A DNA stretch of 64,000 nucleotides from Myxococcota bacterium (GCA_044344255.1 JBIJDH010000017.1:1-64000), one strand, 5' to 3'; shown: positions 29,958-40,767, counted from the first letter of the stretch. The notes: generated by a model not told the origin, from the letters alone. Program-made: numbers and translations.

Positions 29958-30833
29958 CTAGGCCCCCGGCCGCTCACCCTCGGTGCCGAAGCGCCCCTGC
30001 GCGTCCCGGGTGACACGCGCGCTGCCGACCTCCGGGTCATGGGTGAAGAAGAGCCGCCCGCCGCGGGCGACGAGGCCCTCGAGCAGCGCCGTCTTCTCGT
30101 CAATGAGGAGCTCGGGGAAGCGGTCGTAGCCCATCGTGATCGCCCGGTTGACCCAAGCCTTGCCGGGGATGAGGTCGGCGGCGAAGACCAGGGGGCCCTC
30201 TGCGGTGTCGAGCTCGGTGAGCAGCAGGCCGGGCGTGTGGCCGTGGGAGACGTGGAAGCGCCAGGCGGGCCCGAGGGTGGGGCTGTGGTCGATGATGCGC
30301 TCGAGGCGGCCGCTGGCGGCGAGGAGCGCGTGCAGCGCCGGGATGAAGCTCTGGCGGTCGCGGCTGTGGGGCGCCAGGGCCCGCGCCCAGGCCGCCTCGC
30401 TGACAACGTAGGTGGCGCGCGGGAAGATGATGCGCGGCGCCTCGCCCTCGGCCCAGGCGGAGAGCAGGCCGCCGGCGTGGTCGAAGTGGAGGTGGGAGAG
30501 CACGACGACGTCGATGTCGGCGTCAGTGAGGCCGAGCGCGGCGAGGCGGTCGAGCAGCACGTGGCCAGCCTCCACCACGCCGAAGCGCTCGCGCAGCGCG
30601 GGCTCGAAGAAGGCGCCGATGCCGGCCTCGAGCAGCACCCTGCGGACGCCGCCGTCGGGGAGCGGCTCTTCGATGAGCAGGCAGCGGCAAGCGAGCGGGA
30701 TGCGGTGGAGGGCGTCGGGCGCGATCCAGCGCGACCAGAGGGCGCGGGGGGCATTGCCAAACATGGCGCCGCCATCGAGCTTCTGGCTGTTTCCGAGGAG
30801 GGCGGTCAGGCGGAGCGGCGCAGGATGGGGCAT
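29958..30833 (-). CDS. MBL-fold metallo-hydrolase (YtnP-like)
   Basis: Motifs [30 protein letters not shown] and HDP. Confidence 0.92.
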   Translation of the reverse strand: MPHPAPLRLTALLGNSQKLDGGAMFGNAPRALWSRWIAPDALHRIPLACRCLLIEEPLPDGGVRRVLLEAGIGAFFEPALRERFGVVEAGHVLLDRLAALGLTDADIDVVVLSHLHFDHAGGLLSAWAEGEAPRIIFPRATYVVSEAAWARALAPHSRDRQSFIPALHALLAASGRLERIIDHSPTLGPAWRFHVSHGHTPGLLLTELDTAEGPLVFAADLIPGKAWVNRAITMGYDRFPELLIDEKTALLEGLVARGGRLFFTHDPEVGSARVTRDAQGRFGTEGERPGA

Positions 30834-30901
30834 GAGGCGGTGGGCCTTTGAGGGGTGCTGCGTCCGGGGGGGCGCGGTCGGGCGCGGTCCGGGGGGGGAC
30901 C

Positions 30902-31732
30902 TCAGGGGGCGGGCTGACCCGGACGACGCCCGACGCCCTCGGTGCGGCAAGTGTGGACGGTGTCGGTTGGCGGCGGCGTGAGGGCGGCGAGGCCCCAGGC
31001 GCGGCCGTCGTAGCGGAGCTCGACGCGGCTCGGGCCATCGACCCAGGTGGCGGTGTCGCCGGACCAGGTGAAGCCGCGATCGACCAGGGCGCAGAGGGCG
31101 AAGCTGTTCGTGCCCTCGGGGACGTTCTTGCCGCCCGCCCAGCCCGCGCGGAAGCGCAGGATGGCCACGAGCGGATCCTCAGAGCCGCCCGGGTGGCCGG
31201 CGGCGCGGACCGTGCCCAGGGGGAGCCAGCCCTCCGCGCCCTCGGCGGCGCCCGTACAGCCGGCGCAGCGCACCCGCATCCGCGCCTCGAGCACCTGCAC
31301 GACGTCGACCCGCACGCCCTCATAAGCGAGCACGGCGAGGTTCGTGCCCCCCGGGCCGACGAGGGTGAGCGGCACCTCGGTGGTCCAGGCGGTGAAGGGC
31401 GGAGCGGGGAGCTCGGCGGTTGGGGTGGCCTCGACCTTGGGCGAAGATCGAGGCGGCGCGCCCACCGCCGAGGGATCGGCGGGGCCCTGACCCGAGGCCT
31501 CTCCCGGCGGGATGGGCTCCCCGCCGGTCGACGGCTCCGGCGGCGGCGCGGAGGGGGCCGACGGCGGCGGCGCGGGGGTGGCCGCAGGCAGGGCCTCGGC
31601 GGCGGGGCCGGAGGGCTCTGGAGGCGGGAGATCGGCGATCTCCGGCGCAGAGCAGGCCGCCGACCAGAGACAGAGGCCGAGCGACCAGAGGGCGCGCGGC
31701 GACCAGAGCGGGGGGGATGAAGGGGTGATCAC
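30902..31732 (-). CDS. Hypothetical lipoprotein with Pro-rich linker and SH3-like segment
   Basis: Lipobox SAAC; Pro-rich stalk; EGWLP. Confidence 0.6.
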   Translation of the reverse strand: MITPSSPPLWSPRALWSLGLCLWSAACSAPEIADLPPPEPSGPAAEALPAATPAPPPSAPSAPPPEPSTGGEPIPPGEASGQGPADPSAVGAPPRSSPKVEATPTAELPAPPFTAWTTEVPLTLVGPGGTNLAVLAYEGVRVDVVQVLEARMRVRCAGCTGAAEGAEGWLPLGTVRAAGHPGGSEDPLVAILRFRAGWAGGKNVPEGTNSFALCALVDRGFTWSGDTATWVDGPSRVELRYDGRAWGLAALTPPPTDTVHTCRTEGVGRRPGQPAP

Positions 31733-31770
31733 GGGATACCGATAACGAGCTCTTCGCCGGGAGGCTGGAC

Positions 31771-32637
31771 GTGCTCAAGCCGGGATCGCTCGTGATGGTC
31801 ATCGCTCCCGCGGGGGTGCACGACGCCGCTCGCCTCGAGGCGGGCATCCGCCTCATCGAGGGCTGGGGCCTGCGGGTGCGGCGCGCGCCCCACCTCGGTG
31901 ACCGACACCGGTACACCGCTGGCACCGACGCCGACCGCGCCGCCGACCTCCGGGCTGCCCTGCTCGATCCCGAAGTCGAGGCGGTCTGGTTCTCGCGCGG
32001 CGGCTTCGGCACCGTGCACACGCTGGCCAGCGTCCCCTGGCGGCGCCTCGACGAGCGGCCCATCATCGGCTTCTCGGACGCGACCGCGCTGTTCTCGGCG
32101 GGCCAGCGCCGGGGCCGCGGGCGCTTCGTCCACGGGCCGGTGCTGCACTCCCTCGCCGACACGCCGGACGCGGAGAGCGTGGAGGCCCTGCGCGCGCTGC
32201 TCTTCGAGGGGGCGCCCGCCCGGCTCGTCGGCCGCCACCTCTGCGGGCCCGCCGCGCCGGTAGAGGGCCCCGTGGTGGGTGGCAACCTCTGCGTGCTGGC
32301 CAGCCTCGCCGGCACCCGCTGGGCAGCCCGCAACGAGGGCCGTATCCTCCTCCTCGAAGACCTCGGCGAGCCCGCCTACAAGCTCGACCGCCTGCTCACC
32401 CAGCTCCAGCTCTCCGGCGCCCTCCGGGGGGTGGTCGGCGTCGCCCTCGGCGACTTCCTCCACGCCGATCCGCCCGCTGACGCCGGCTGGACGCTCGACG
32501 AGCTCTTCATCGATCGGCTCGGCCCCCTCGGCGTCCCCGTCCTCGCCGGCCTCCCCGTCGGCCACGCGTCCCGCAACCACGCCTGGATGGTCGGCGCCCG
32601 GGGCCGCCTCGCAGGGGGGGTGCTCCGTGTCGGCTGA
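31771..32637 (+). CDS. ldcA: LD-carboxypeptidase (peptidase S66)
   Basis: Motifs RGGFG, GFSDAT, HGP, GGNL, LLEDLGE and GH...N. Confidence 0.9.
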   Translation: MLKPGSLVMVIAPAGVHDAARLEAGIRLIEGWGLRVRRAPHLGDRHRYTAGTDADRAADLRAALLDPEVEAVWFSRGGFGTVHTLASVPWRRLDERPIIGFSDATALFSAGQRRGRGRFVHGPVLHSLADTPDAESVEALRALLFEGAPARLVGRHLCGPAAPVEGPVVGGNLCVLASLAGTRWAARNEGRILLLEDLGEPAYKLDRLLTQLQLSGALRGVVGVALGDFLHADPPADAGWTLDELFIDRLGPLGVPVLAGLPVGHASRNHAWMVGARGRLAGGVLRVG

Positions 32638-33757
32638 TCGGGTGTCACCCGACCCCGAGTGGGCCGACGTCCGGGCCCTCCTCCAGACCGCCCACCAGCG
32701 CGGGGCCTTCGCCGGTTGCTCCCTCGCCGTCCGCGCCCGAGGCGGCCTCGCGGTGGACCTCGACCTCGGCGACGCCGAGCTCATCCCCCGCCGCCGCCCC
32801 GCCCTGCCCGGCCAGCCCTGGGACCTGGCCAGCCTCACGAAGGTGCTGGCCACCACCGGCGTCGCCCTCGGCCTTCACCAGGCCGGCCGCCTCGACCTCG
32901 ACGCGCCGTTGTCCCAGTGGCTCCCCGACGCGCCCCTGGGGGTCACCGCCGCCCACTGTCTGTCGCACGCGAGCGGCCTCCCCGCCTGGAACCGGCTCTA
33001 CGACGCCGTCGTCCAGGCCGGCCTTCCCTGGGGCGGCGCCGAGGCCCGCGCCCTGGTCTATCGGCTCGCGCGCACCACCCCAGTGGTCGCCGCGCCGGGC
33101 GAGCGCCACCTCTACTCCGACCTCGGCTTCCTCCTCCTCGGCGCGGCCTGCGAGGCCGCGGGCGGCGATCGGTTCGACCGCCTCTATGAGCGCCTCGTGC
33201 GCGCCCCCTCCGGCGCCGACCTGCGCTGGGGCTGGCCGAACGCCGCCTCGACCGAGCACTGCCCCCTGCGGGGCGCCGTCATCACCGGCACCGTGCACGA
33301 CCTCAACGCCGCCGTGATGGGCGGCCTCGCCCCCCATGCCGGCCTCTTCGGCAGCGCCGCCGAGGTGGCCGCCCAGGGCCTCTGGTGGCTGCGCGCCTTC
33401 GAGGGGGACCCGACCACCGGCCTCGATCCTGCCCTCGTCCGCCGCGCCTTCACGGCGGTGGGCCCGGGCAGCCACCATCTCGGCTGGGACGGCGTCACCC
33501 CCGGCGCCGCCTCGGCGGGCGCGGCCTGGCCACAGGACGGCGTGGGCCACCTCGGCTTCACCGGCTGCAGCCTCTGGATGGCGCCGCGACAGGGCCTCGT
33601 GGTCTGCCTGCTGTCCAATCGGGTGCACCCCGTGGTCGAGGGCGGGAGCGTGCCCGGCGCGCCGATCTCCGCTCGTTATGAGCTGCTCCGCGCCCTGCGG
33701 CCGGCCCTCCACACCGCCGTGCTGCAGGTGCCCACGGTGGCGCGCTACTTCAAGTAG
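32627..33757 (+). CDS. Serine hydrolase (beta-lactamase class C/EstB-like)
   Basis: ASLTK (SxxK), HASGLP, YSDLGF, HAGLF and GHLGFTG. Confidence 0.88.
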   Translation: MSADRVSPDPEWADVRALLQTAHQRGAFAGCSLAVRARGGLAVDLDLGDAELIPRRRPALPGQPWDLASLTKVLATTGVALGLHQAGRLDLDAPLSQWLPDAPLGVTAAHCLSHASGLPAWNRLYDAVVQAGLPWGGAEARALVYRLARTTPVVAAPGERHLYSDLGFLLLGAACEAAGGDRFDRLYERLVRAPSGADLRWGWPNAASTEHCPLRGAVITGTVHDLNAAVMGGLAPHAGLFGSAAEVAAQGLWWLRAFEGDPTTGLDPALVRRAFTAVGPGSHHLGWDGVTPGAASAGAAWPQDGVGHLGFTGCSLWMAPRQGLVVCLLSNRVHPVVEGGSVPGAPISARYELLRALRPALHTAVLQVPTVARYFK

Positions 33758-34200
33758 GAGAATCCGCCGCGCGGCATCGCGGAGACCGCGGAGAAGACGA
33801 GCCAGAGCGCGCAGGGCACCGCCGCGGCGACCCCAAAGACAAGGGCGCCGCTCACGAGGGGCCCGAGCAGCATCAGCGTGTCGAACAGCAGGTGCGCGAA
33901 CAGGCGGCCGCGCCCGATGCGATCACGCCGCCGCTGGAACAGCCGGGCCACGATCTTCGCCTGTCCGCCGCAGTGCCAGGTGTCAAAGTGCTGGCAGCGC
34001 CGACAGACCGTGAGGCTCGACTCCAGCCACCACAGCGCGCCGAGCGCCAGATAGGCGACGAGATAGCCGACACCGAGCTGATAGAGGGAGACGACGCCCA
34101 CCGACAGGTAGAGCGGCGTGGTGATCAGGGCGAGGCGAAAGCTCGTGGGCGACATCCAACGATCGAGTCCGAGGCGGAGGATGCCCGGGCGGTCACTCAT
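33745..34200 (-). CDS. Hypothetical membrane protein with Cys motif
   Basis: About four TM segments and CRRCQHF...C; overlaps its operon neighbour. Confidence 0.6.
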   Translation of the reverse strand: MSDRPGILRLGLDRWMSPTSFRLALITTPLYLSVGVVSLYQLGVGYLVAYLALGALWWLESSLTVCRRCQHFDTWHCGGQAKIVARLFQRRRDRIGRGRLFAHLLFDTLMLLGPLVSGALVFGVAAAVPCALWLVFSAVSAMPRGGFSYLK

Positions 34201-34723
34201 AATAGACGAGCTCCCAGGTGGCGCCCTGATAGGCGATCAACACCGGCCCCACGCCCGCGGCGTAGACCGCCTCCCCGGCCCAGTCGCCGCCCTCCACCGA
34301 GACCGTGAGGGTGTCCGGGAAGGTGCCATACCAGGTCGTCGCCTCGCCCTCGGCGACCACCTCGCAGCCCTCACCCGCGCCGCCCACGTTCTGGTTCTCG
34401 GGGATGAGCTGGTCGTCGTTGAGCCAGAGTCCATCGTCTGTCGCGTACAGATAGGAGGCGACCGGGGCGGCGTCGGCCCAGCGCTCGCCGAGGCGCAGGG
34501 TCCAGGTACCCTCCTCCATGCGGAGCGACAGGGGAGGCTCATCGGGGAGGCCCAGGGGGGCGAATTCGATGCGGCGGCCCTCGGCGCCCCAATAGGCCTG
34601 GGCGCTCACCGGCTCGCGGGGCGCAGCGGCGCAGCCCGCGGCGAGGAGGGCGGCCGACAGGGTAGCCGACAGGGTAGCCGACAGGGCGGCGCCGAGGCCA
34701 GGCGGCCGCCAGACGGGGGTCAC
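34193..34723 (-). CDS. Hypothetical lipoprotein
   Basis: Lipobox LAAGC; C-terminal T.YGTF.D...YAAGVGPV pattern. Confidence 0.7.
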   Translation of the reverse strand: MTPVWRPPGLGAALSATLSATLSAALLAAGCAAAPREPVSAQAYWGAEGRRIEFAPLGLPDEPPLSLRMEEGTWTLRLGERWADAAPVASYLYATDDGLWLNDDQLIPENQNVGGAGEGCEVVAEGEATTWYGTFPDTLTVSVEGGDWAGEAVYAAGVGPVLIAYQGATWELVYYE

Positions 34724-36423
34724 TCTTCCGCCCAGACGGGGATGTGGTTGTTCTGCGCTGGGTCCTGGTTGGGCAGCCAGAAGGCGGGGAAGCTCGGGTC
34801 AGCCCCCGCCTCGGCGCGGGCGGGATCGAAGGCTGCCACCCACACCTGCGGGATGCCGACGATGACGCCCCCATAGGCGCGCTTCGAGGAGAAGGCGAGC
34901 CAGAGGATGTCATCGTCGGGGAGCGGCCCCCACTTGGGCCAGGAATTGGTGATGCCCCCCACCTGATTGGCGGCTTCGAGGGGGATCATCACCGCGCCGT
35001 CGGCGGAGAGCACGTGGAGGGCCGCGTCTTCGTCGTCATAGGTGTCGCCGGTGGAGGTGTTGAAGGCGATCCAGGCCCCATCGGGCGACCAGGCCGGGTA
35101 ATAGGCGTTCATCCCCGCGGGCGGGGTGTAGAGGGTGACCGGCGCGCCGAACTGGTCGTCGCCCAGGTAGTCCATCACCGCGATGCGGTCGCCGGTGGAG
35201 CTCCAGTCGAGGGCGTGCTCGGTGGTGAGCGTCAGGGCGACGGCCCCGCCGTCGGGTGACCAGTCGACGTGCGTGGCGGTGCCGCCGGTGGCCACCTCGG
35301 AGATGAGCGCGCCTGTGAGCCCATCGTAGAGGAGCAGCGCCCCGTTGTACGTGGTGAGCAGCCGGCTCCCGTCGGGCGAGAAGGCCTTGAAGTTGCCGAG
35401 CACACCGGCGTCGTGGCCGACCACCGTGGCCCCGCTGTCCATGTCGTAGAGGCCGAGGGGGCCGTTGCCGCCGTCGTAGGTGAAGGCCATGCGGCCCTGG
35501 CTCGAGACCACATGACAGGCGACACAGTAGCCGCTCGTGGCCGAGGTGTAATAGTCCTCGGCGAGGCCGCCGTACGGGAGCCGCTTGACGCCGGCCGCAG
35601 ACGAGCTCCAGTAGTAGATGCTGCCCCGGCCGTCCATCCGGTTGATGTGGATCGTGCGCTGCGGCCCGCCCCAGACCCCGGTGTCGGTGGCGGCGAAGAG
35701 CCCCACCTTCACGGTGCCCCCGGCGTTGGTGCTCGCGATCTCCTGCCAGGTGGCCTCGTCGGCGATCCAGGAGGTGCCGGTGGTGTAGACGCGGAGGTCC
35801 ATCGTCTCGGATTGGAAGCGGAGGTACCAGGCCACCACGGGCTCGACGAGGTTGGCGCCGGTCCACTGGAACTCGATGCTCGGCGTGTTGCGGGGGAGGT
35901 TGACCCCGTCCTCCGGATAGAGCCAGAGGGAGGCGTCCTGGGGCTCTCCCTGGAAGAGGCTCGGGTCTGTCCCGGGCTCGACCCACTCCTCCTCGTACTT
36001 CACCGTGAGGGTCGACTCCCCCTCCACGTTGTTCAGGCGGGCCCGCACATACGTTACACCGCCGTTCTCCACAGAGGGAACAAAATAGCCTGTCTCGTCA
36101 ATCGAGCCGGTGGAGTTGTTGGACAGGGTCCACTCGGCGACATCGAGGCGGAGGATGGAGCCGTCGTCGAGGGTGGCCTTGGCCTCGAACTGGACGGGCG
36201 CGCCGCCGTCGGGGCCGGTGCTGGCGGCGGCCGTGCCAGGCTCGACGTGGATCGAGATCAGCGCCCGCTGGCTGTCCTGGGCGGGGAACTCCTCCGAGCA
36301 GCCAGCCCACAGCGCAGCGCCGAGCAGCCCGACCCCCGCGGGGGCGCCCAGACGGCGCACCGGGAGGGTGGTGAGGCGATCGTGTGTTTCACCGGCGGGG
36401 CGACCGGGGAGGAGAGCGGGCAT
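34720..36423 (-). CDS. Lipoprotein with Ig-like domain and TolB/PD40 beta-propeller
   Basis: Lipobox WAGC; LYPEDGV..P.N; CVACH; FSPDG/WSPDG repeats; NSWPKW; WLAFSS.R.YG; PAFWLP.Q. Confidence 0.82.
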   Translation of the reverse strand: MPALLPGRPAGETHDRLTTLPVRRLGAPAGVGLLGAALWAGCSEEFPAQDSQRALISIHVEPGTAAASTGPDGGAPVQFEAKATLDDGSILRLDVAEWTLSNNSTGSIDETGYFVPSVENGGVTYVRARLNNVEGESTLTVKYEEEWVEPGTDPSLFQGEPQDASLWLYPEDGVNLPRNTPSIEFQWTGANLVEPVVAWYLRFQSETMDLRVYTTGTSWIADEATWQEIASTNAGGTVKVGLFAATDTGVWGGPQRTIHINRMDGRGSIYYWSSSAAGVKRLPYGGLAEDYYTSATSGYCVACHVVSSQGRMAFTYDGGNGPLGLYDMDSGATVVGHDAGVLGNFKAFSPDGSRLLTTYNGALLLYDGLTGALISEVATGGTATHVDWSPDGGAVALTLTTEHALDWSSTGDRIAVMDYLGDDQFGAPVTLYTPPAGMNAYYPAWSPDGAWIAFNTSTGDTYDDEDAALHVLSADGAVMIPLEAANQVGGITNSWPKWGPLPDDDILWLAFSSKRAYGGVIVGIPQVWVAAFDPARAEAGADPSFPAFWLPNQDPAQNNHIPVWAEE

Positions 36424-36461
36424 GGCTTCCCGGGGGTGGCCCCGCAGTCTATCATCCGGCC

Positions 36462-37466
36462 ATGGCCCCGTCCGACTCCCGCGCCCGCCCCCTTGCCCGC
36501 CGCCGTTCGGGCCGCGCCCGCCCCCTCGCGGTGGGGTTGCTCGGCCTGCACGCGGGCTGCTCGGACTACGAGGTCAAGGAGGTCGGCTTCGGCGACGAGT
36601 TCCACCAGGCCGGGGAGGTGGTCCCCGCCGACATCCTCTTCGTGGTCGACGACTCCGCCTCGATGGTCGAGGAGCAGGCCCGCCTCGCCGAGAACTTCCT
36701 CTCCTTCGTGGCCGTGATCAGCGACACCACGGTCGACTTCCAGCTCGGAGTCACCACCACCGACGCCACCGCCGCGCCCGGGCTGCTCGGCCCCGTGCTG
36801 AGCCCCGAGACGCCCGACATCGAGGCCGCCTTCCTCGACCAGGTCACCGTCGGCACCCGCGGCAGCCGCGACGAGCAGGGCCTCCAGGCGGCGCTCGGCA
36901 CGCTCAACCCCACGGTCACCCCGGGCTTCATCCGCCCCGACGCGAAGCTCGGCATCGTCGTCTTCTCCGACGAGGACGATCACAGCGCGGAGGCGGCCTC
37001 CTTCTACGTCACCGAGCTCCGCTCGCTCGCCGGCAGCTCGGGGGTCGCCATCCACTCCATCGTCGGCGACGTGCCGGACGGCTGCGTCAACGGGGTCTCC
37101 GCGGCTGACCCCGGCGCTCGCTACCTCGAGGCCACGGCGCTCTCCGAGGGGCTGTCCTGGTCGATCTGCGATGACGCCTACGCCACGATCCTCACCCGGG
37201 TGGCCTTCGAGATCTCTGGCTGGACCGACACCTTCCACCTCTCCGACCTGCCCGAAGAGGAGAGCATCGTGGTCACCGTCGACGACGTCGAGATCCCGGG
37301 CCGCGACGAGGACGGCTGGACCTACTCCCTCGGCGACAACGCCATCGTCTTCCACGGCCGCGCCGTGCCCCGCCCGGGGATGATCATCCGCGTGGACTAC
37401 GAGATCGCCGAGGGCACCCTGTCGGGCTCGGGCTCGGGCTCGGGCTCGGCATCGGAGGCGCCCTGA
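36462..37466 (+). CDS. vWA-like (MIDAS) lipoprotein
   Basis: Lipobox HAGC; DILFVVDDSASM; GVTTTD; FIRPDA.L.IV.FSDEDD.S. Confidence 0.8.
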   Translation: MAPSDSRARPLARRRSGRARPLAVGLLGLHAGCSDYEVKEVGFGDEFHQAGEVVPADILFVVDDSASMVEEQARLAENFLSFVAVISDTTVDFQLGVTTTDATAAPGLLGPVLSPETPDIEAAFLDQVTVGTRGSRDEQGLQAALGTLNPTVTPGFIRPDAKLGIVVFSDEDDHSAEAASFYVTELRSLAGSSGVAIHSIVGDVPDGCVNGVSAADPGARYLEATALSEGLSWSICDDAYATILTRVAFEISGWTDTFHLSDLPEEESIVVTVDDVEIPGRDEDGWTYSLGDNAIVFHGRAVPRPGMIIRVDYEIAEGTLSGSGSGSGSASEAP

Positions 37467-37511
37467 GGGCGCTCTTCCGGGTATAGAAGGGGCCTTGATC
37501 GAGAGGTCCCC

Positions 37512-40088
37512 TTGACGCGTCCCCAGATCCTCCTGTCCCGCTCGGCTACCCCGACGTCGGCCCTCCTGATCGGGGCGCTCCTCCTCGCGGCCGCCTGCCG
37601 GTCGGCGAGCACCGGAAAGGACTCCGGTGCGCCCGAGGGCGAGCTCGCCGAAGACGGCGACGGTGACGGCGTCCCCGCCTCCGAGGACTGCGACGACGCC
37701 GACGCCTCGATCTCCCCCGGCGCGACCGAGATCTGCGACGGTGTCGACAATGACTGCGACGGCGCCGTGGACGAAGCCGTGACGGGCACCTGGTACGTCG
37801 ACGCCGACGAGGACGGCTTCGGGGACGAGGCGGTGCCGGTCGAGGCCTGCGAGGCGCCGCCCGGCAGCGTCTCCAACCACACCGACTGCGACGACGAAGA
37901 CGAGCTCGTCTATCCCGGCGCCTTCGACTTCTGCGACGAGAAGGACAACGACTGCGACGAGGAGATCGACGAGGACGAACCGCTCACCTGGTACGCCGAC
38001 GCCGACGCCGACGGCTGGGGGGACGCCGACGCGCGCGTCCTCTCTTGCAGCCAGCCCGAGGGCTACACCGCCGACGATGGCGACTGCGACGACACGAGCG
38101 ACGCCGCCTTCCCCGGCCACGCCGAGCTCTGCGACGAGATCGACAACAACTGTGACGGCGACGTCGACGAGGGGGTGCGCCAGACCTTCTACGAAGACCG
38201 CGACACCGATGGATATGGTCGCCTCGACGCCACAACCGAGGCCTGCGTCTCCCCCGAGGGCTACGCCGCCCTGTCCGGGGACTGCGATGATGACGACCCC
38301 GCCTACAACCCCGGGGCCGCCGAGGCCGACTGCGCCGATCCGAATGACTACAACTGTGACGGGAGCGTGGGCTACGCCGACGCCGACGCCGACGGCTGGG
38401 CCGCCTGCGTGGAGTGTGACGACGCCGACGAGGCCGTCCACCCCGCCGCCACGGAGGTCTGCGACGGCAAGGACGACGACTGCGACGGCCTCAGCGACGA
38501 CCTCGACCCCAGCCTCGACCTCGCCACCGCCCTCTCCTGGTACGCCGACACCGACAGCGACACCTATGGCGATCCGTCCGCCCTCACCGTCTCTTGTTTG
38601 GCCCCCGCCGGCGCCGTGGCCGACGACCGCGACTGCGACGACGCGCAGGCCAGCGTGAACCCGGCCGGCGTCGAGCTCTGTAACGAACAGGACGACGACT
38701 GCGACACGCTCATTGACGAGGGGGTCGGCACGACCTTCTGGCTCGACGCCGACGCCGATTCCTACGGCGACGCCGCGGCCCCCACGGTCGAGTGTACGCT
38801 GCCCACCGGCCACTCCACCAACGACGACGACTGTGACGACAGCGACCCCCTCGTCTACCCCGGGGCCCCGGAGCGGGCAGACGGCGAAGACGACGACTGC
38901 GACGGCACCATCGACGACCACACCTGGATTGGCACCGGCGTCGACGGCGCCCTCTCGGTGACCGGGGTGACCGTCCTGTCCGATGCCTGGCCGGTCCTGG
39001 CGCTCGGCGCCGACACCGTCACGCTGGCCAGCAGCCCCGGCCTCTCGGTCGGCGACGAGGTGCTGCTCATCAACATGCACGGCTCCGACGCCGCCCACAG
39101 CCACGTCGGCGTGTACGAATTCGCCTTCGTGGGCGCGGTGTCCGGAGACACCGTCACCCTCGACGCGCCGCTCTCCGGGATCTACGGTGAGGCCACCAAC
39201 AGCGACCTCTCGGGTCAGGCGCTGCAGCTCGTCCGGGTCGGACAATACACAGACGTCACCGTGGCGGCGACCGGCCTCCTCACCGCCGAGGCCTGGGACG
39301 GCAGCACGGGCGGCGTGCTCGCCCTCCGCGCCACCGGCACGGTCTCCGTGCTCACCGGCGGCGCCATCTCGGTCGACGAGCTCGGCTACGCCGGCGGCGC
39401 GACGGGGACCTGCTCGGGCTGCGACGCCTTCCAAGGGGAGTCTTACGCCGGGTCTGGGGACGGCAACCTCCCCTCGATCGCCGGCTATTACGGAAACTAT
39501 GCCGCGGGTTACTACCTGAACAATTACGGTGGCGGCGGGGCGATGATCACGGGCGCGGGCGGCGAGCACGGCGGCGGCGCTACCGACGGCGGCTCCTGGT
39601 ACCCAGGTATCTACCCCGCCCCCGAGAGCGGGCAGCCCTACGGCACCGCCAGCCTGTCGACCCTCTTTTTTGGCTCTGGCGGCGCGGGCGTCTGGAACGG
39701 CAGCTCATCGCCGGGATCGGGCGGAGACGGGGCGGGCATCGTCTACGTGGCAGCCCAGGACGTCGTGCTCGCCGGGAGCGCCGCCCTCTCCGCGATCGGC
39801 GGCACCACCACCGCATGGGCCACCGGGAGCTGGACCTACGGCGCAGGCGGCGGGGCGGGCGGCTCCGTCTGGCTGATCGGCGACACGCTGACACTCTCCA
39901 CCGGCTCCGTGGAGGCCAGCGGCGGCTTCGGGGAGTCCACCCACATCCGCGTCGGTGGGGACGGCGGCGTGGGGCGGGTGCGCGTGCAGTACAGCAGCCT
40001 CAACGGGGCGGCTTACGGCACGACCGCCGACACCGTCGAGCAGCAGGCCGCCTGTACGCCCGACGCGGGCTCGGTGGCCGCGCCCTGA
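37512..40088 (+). CDS. Large lipoprotein with seven MopE-type Cys/Asp metal-binding repeats and a Gly-rich C-terminal domain
   Basis: Lipobox AAAC; seven (D/E)CDD.....P...E.C...D.(D/N)CD units separated by WY.D.D.D.(Y/F)G motifs; C-terminal GGGAGGS. Confidence 0.88.
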   Translation: MTRPQILLSRSATPTSALLIGALLLAAACRSASTGKDSGAPEGELAEDGDGDGVPASEDCDDADASISPGATEICDGVDNDCDGAVDEAVTGTWYVDADEDGFGDEAVPVEACEAPPGSVSNHTDCDDEDELVYPGAFDFCDEKDNDCDEEIDEDEPLTWYADADADGWGDADARVLSCSQPEGYTADDGDCDDTSDAAFPGHAELCDEIDNNCDGDVDEGVRQTFYEDRDTDGYGRLDATTEACVSPEGYAALSGDCDDDDPAYNPGAAEADCADPNDYNCDGSVGYADADADGWAACVECDDADEAVHPAATEVCDGKDDDCDGLSDDLDPSLDLATALSWYADTDSDTYGDPSALTVSCLAPAGAVADDRDCDDAQASVNPAGVELCNEQDDDCDTLIDEGVGTTFWLDADADSYGDAAAPTVECTLPTGHSTNDDDCDDSDPLVYPGAPERADGEDDDCDGTIDDHTWIGTGVDGALSVTGVTVLSDAWPVLALGADTVTLASSPGLSVGDEVLLINMHGSDAAHSHVGVYEFAFVGAVSGDTVTLDAPLSGIYGEATNSDLSGQALQLVRVGQYTDVTVAATGLLTAEAWDGSTGGVLALRATGTVSVLTGGAISVDELGYAGGATGTCSGCDAFQGESYAGSGDGNLPSIAGYYGNYAAGYYLNNYGGGGAMITGAGGEHGGGATDGGSWYPGIYPAPESGQPYGTASLSTLFFGSGGAGVWNGSSSPGSGGDGAGIVYVAAQDVVLAGSAALSAIGGTTTAWATGSWTYGAGGGAGGSVWLIGDTLTLSTGSVEASGGFGESTHIRVGGDGGVGRVRVQYSSLNGAAYGTTADTVEQQAACTPDAGSVAAP

Positions 40089-40127
40089 GCGGCGCCCCCT
40101 CCGGGCTCCACCGCGGTTGCCCCCCGC

Positions 40128-40736
40128 TCACCGGGCCAGCAGCCACCGGACGAGCGTGACGAGCGCCCAGAGGCCGAAGGCAGCCGCGAGCAGCTGGACC
40201 ACCGCCGAGCCTACCATCAGCCGGAGCGGCACCGGCCGGGCCAACGTGGGCGGCGGCGGCGCACGGGTCCAGGTGCGAGACTCGGCAGGGGGCGGCGGCG
40301 GCGCGTCGAGGGGCAGGCGGGCGCCTCGGCGCTGGAAGAGCAAGCGGCGGAGGGCGTCGGCGCGGTCCGCCTCGGTGTCGAACGAGATCGAGGGAGCCCC
40401 CTCGAGGCCCTCGGGGAGCTGAGCGGCCTCCCCGACGCGCAGCAAGAAGATCCCGACGTCTCCTCGGCGCAGCATGGCGGCGATCAGCGCGGCCTCCCAG
40501 GTCCCGGAGGCGTCGTCGGGCTCCCTCTCTCCGGCCGGCAGCACGAGGCGGAGGATCCCCTCACAGCGGGTCATGGCGAGGAGGCGCTCGCCGGCCGAGC
40601 CGTCGACGGGGGGCTCACACCAGCGATCGAGCCAGACCTCGACGCCCCCCTCGCGGAGCTGCGCCGCGAGGCCGAGCGCGACCTCGGCGGCCCCGGCCGG
40701 GTAGCTGAGCCAGACGGTAGGCGTGGGGAGGCGCAT
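40128..40736 (-). CDS. TIR/SEFIR-like domain protein with C-terminal TM helix
   Basis: VWLSY...VALGLAAQLREGGVEVWLDRW, GTWEAALI and a hydrophobic C-terminus. Confidence 0.6.
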   Translation of the reverse strand: MRLPTPTVWLSYPAGAAEVALGLAAQLREGGVEVWLDRWCEPPVDGSAGERLLAMTRCEGILRLVLPAGEREPDDASGTWEAALIAAMLRRGDVGIFLLRVGEAAQLPEGLEGAPSISFDTEADRADALRRLLFQRRGARLPLDAPPPPPAESRTWTRAPPPPTLARPVPLRLMVGSAVVQLLAAAFGLWALVTLVRWLLAR

Positions 40737-40767
40737 CCCGGCGCTCTAACCGCGGCTCGGACGGAGA

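Noticed and set aside
32627..33757. Bona fide beta-lactamase resistance gene
   Set aside because: The SxxK family is broad, there is no signal peptide, and coupling to an LD-carboxypeptidase points to peptidoglycan recycling or esterase activity.
34653..37450. Short coding microsatellites (12-bp LSAT repeat at 34653-34686; tcgggc repeat at 37422-37450)
   Set aside because: They are in-frame, low-complexity repeats in a signal peptide and a C-terminal tail, with no sign of phase variation.
36258..39569. Long antisense or alternative-frame ORFs (for example 36258-39569, 58493-61783, 474-2570, 40894-43056, 47493-49553)
   Set aside because: These are shadows of real genes caused by high GC and scarce stop codons; they carry no family motifs.
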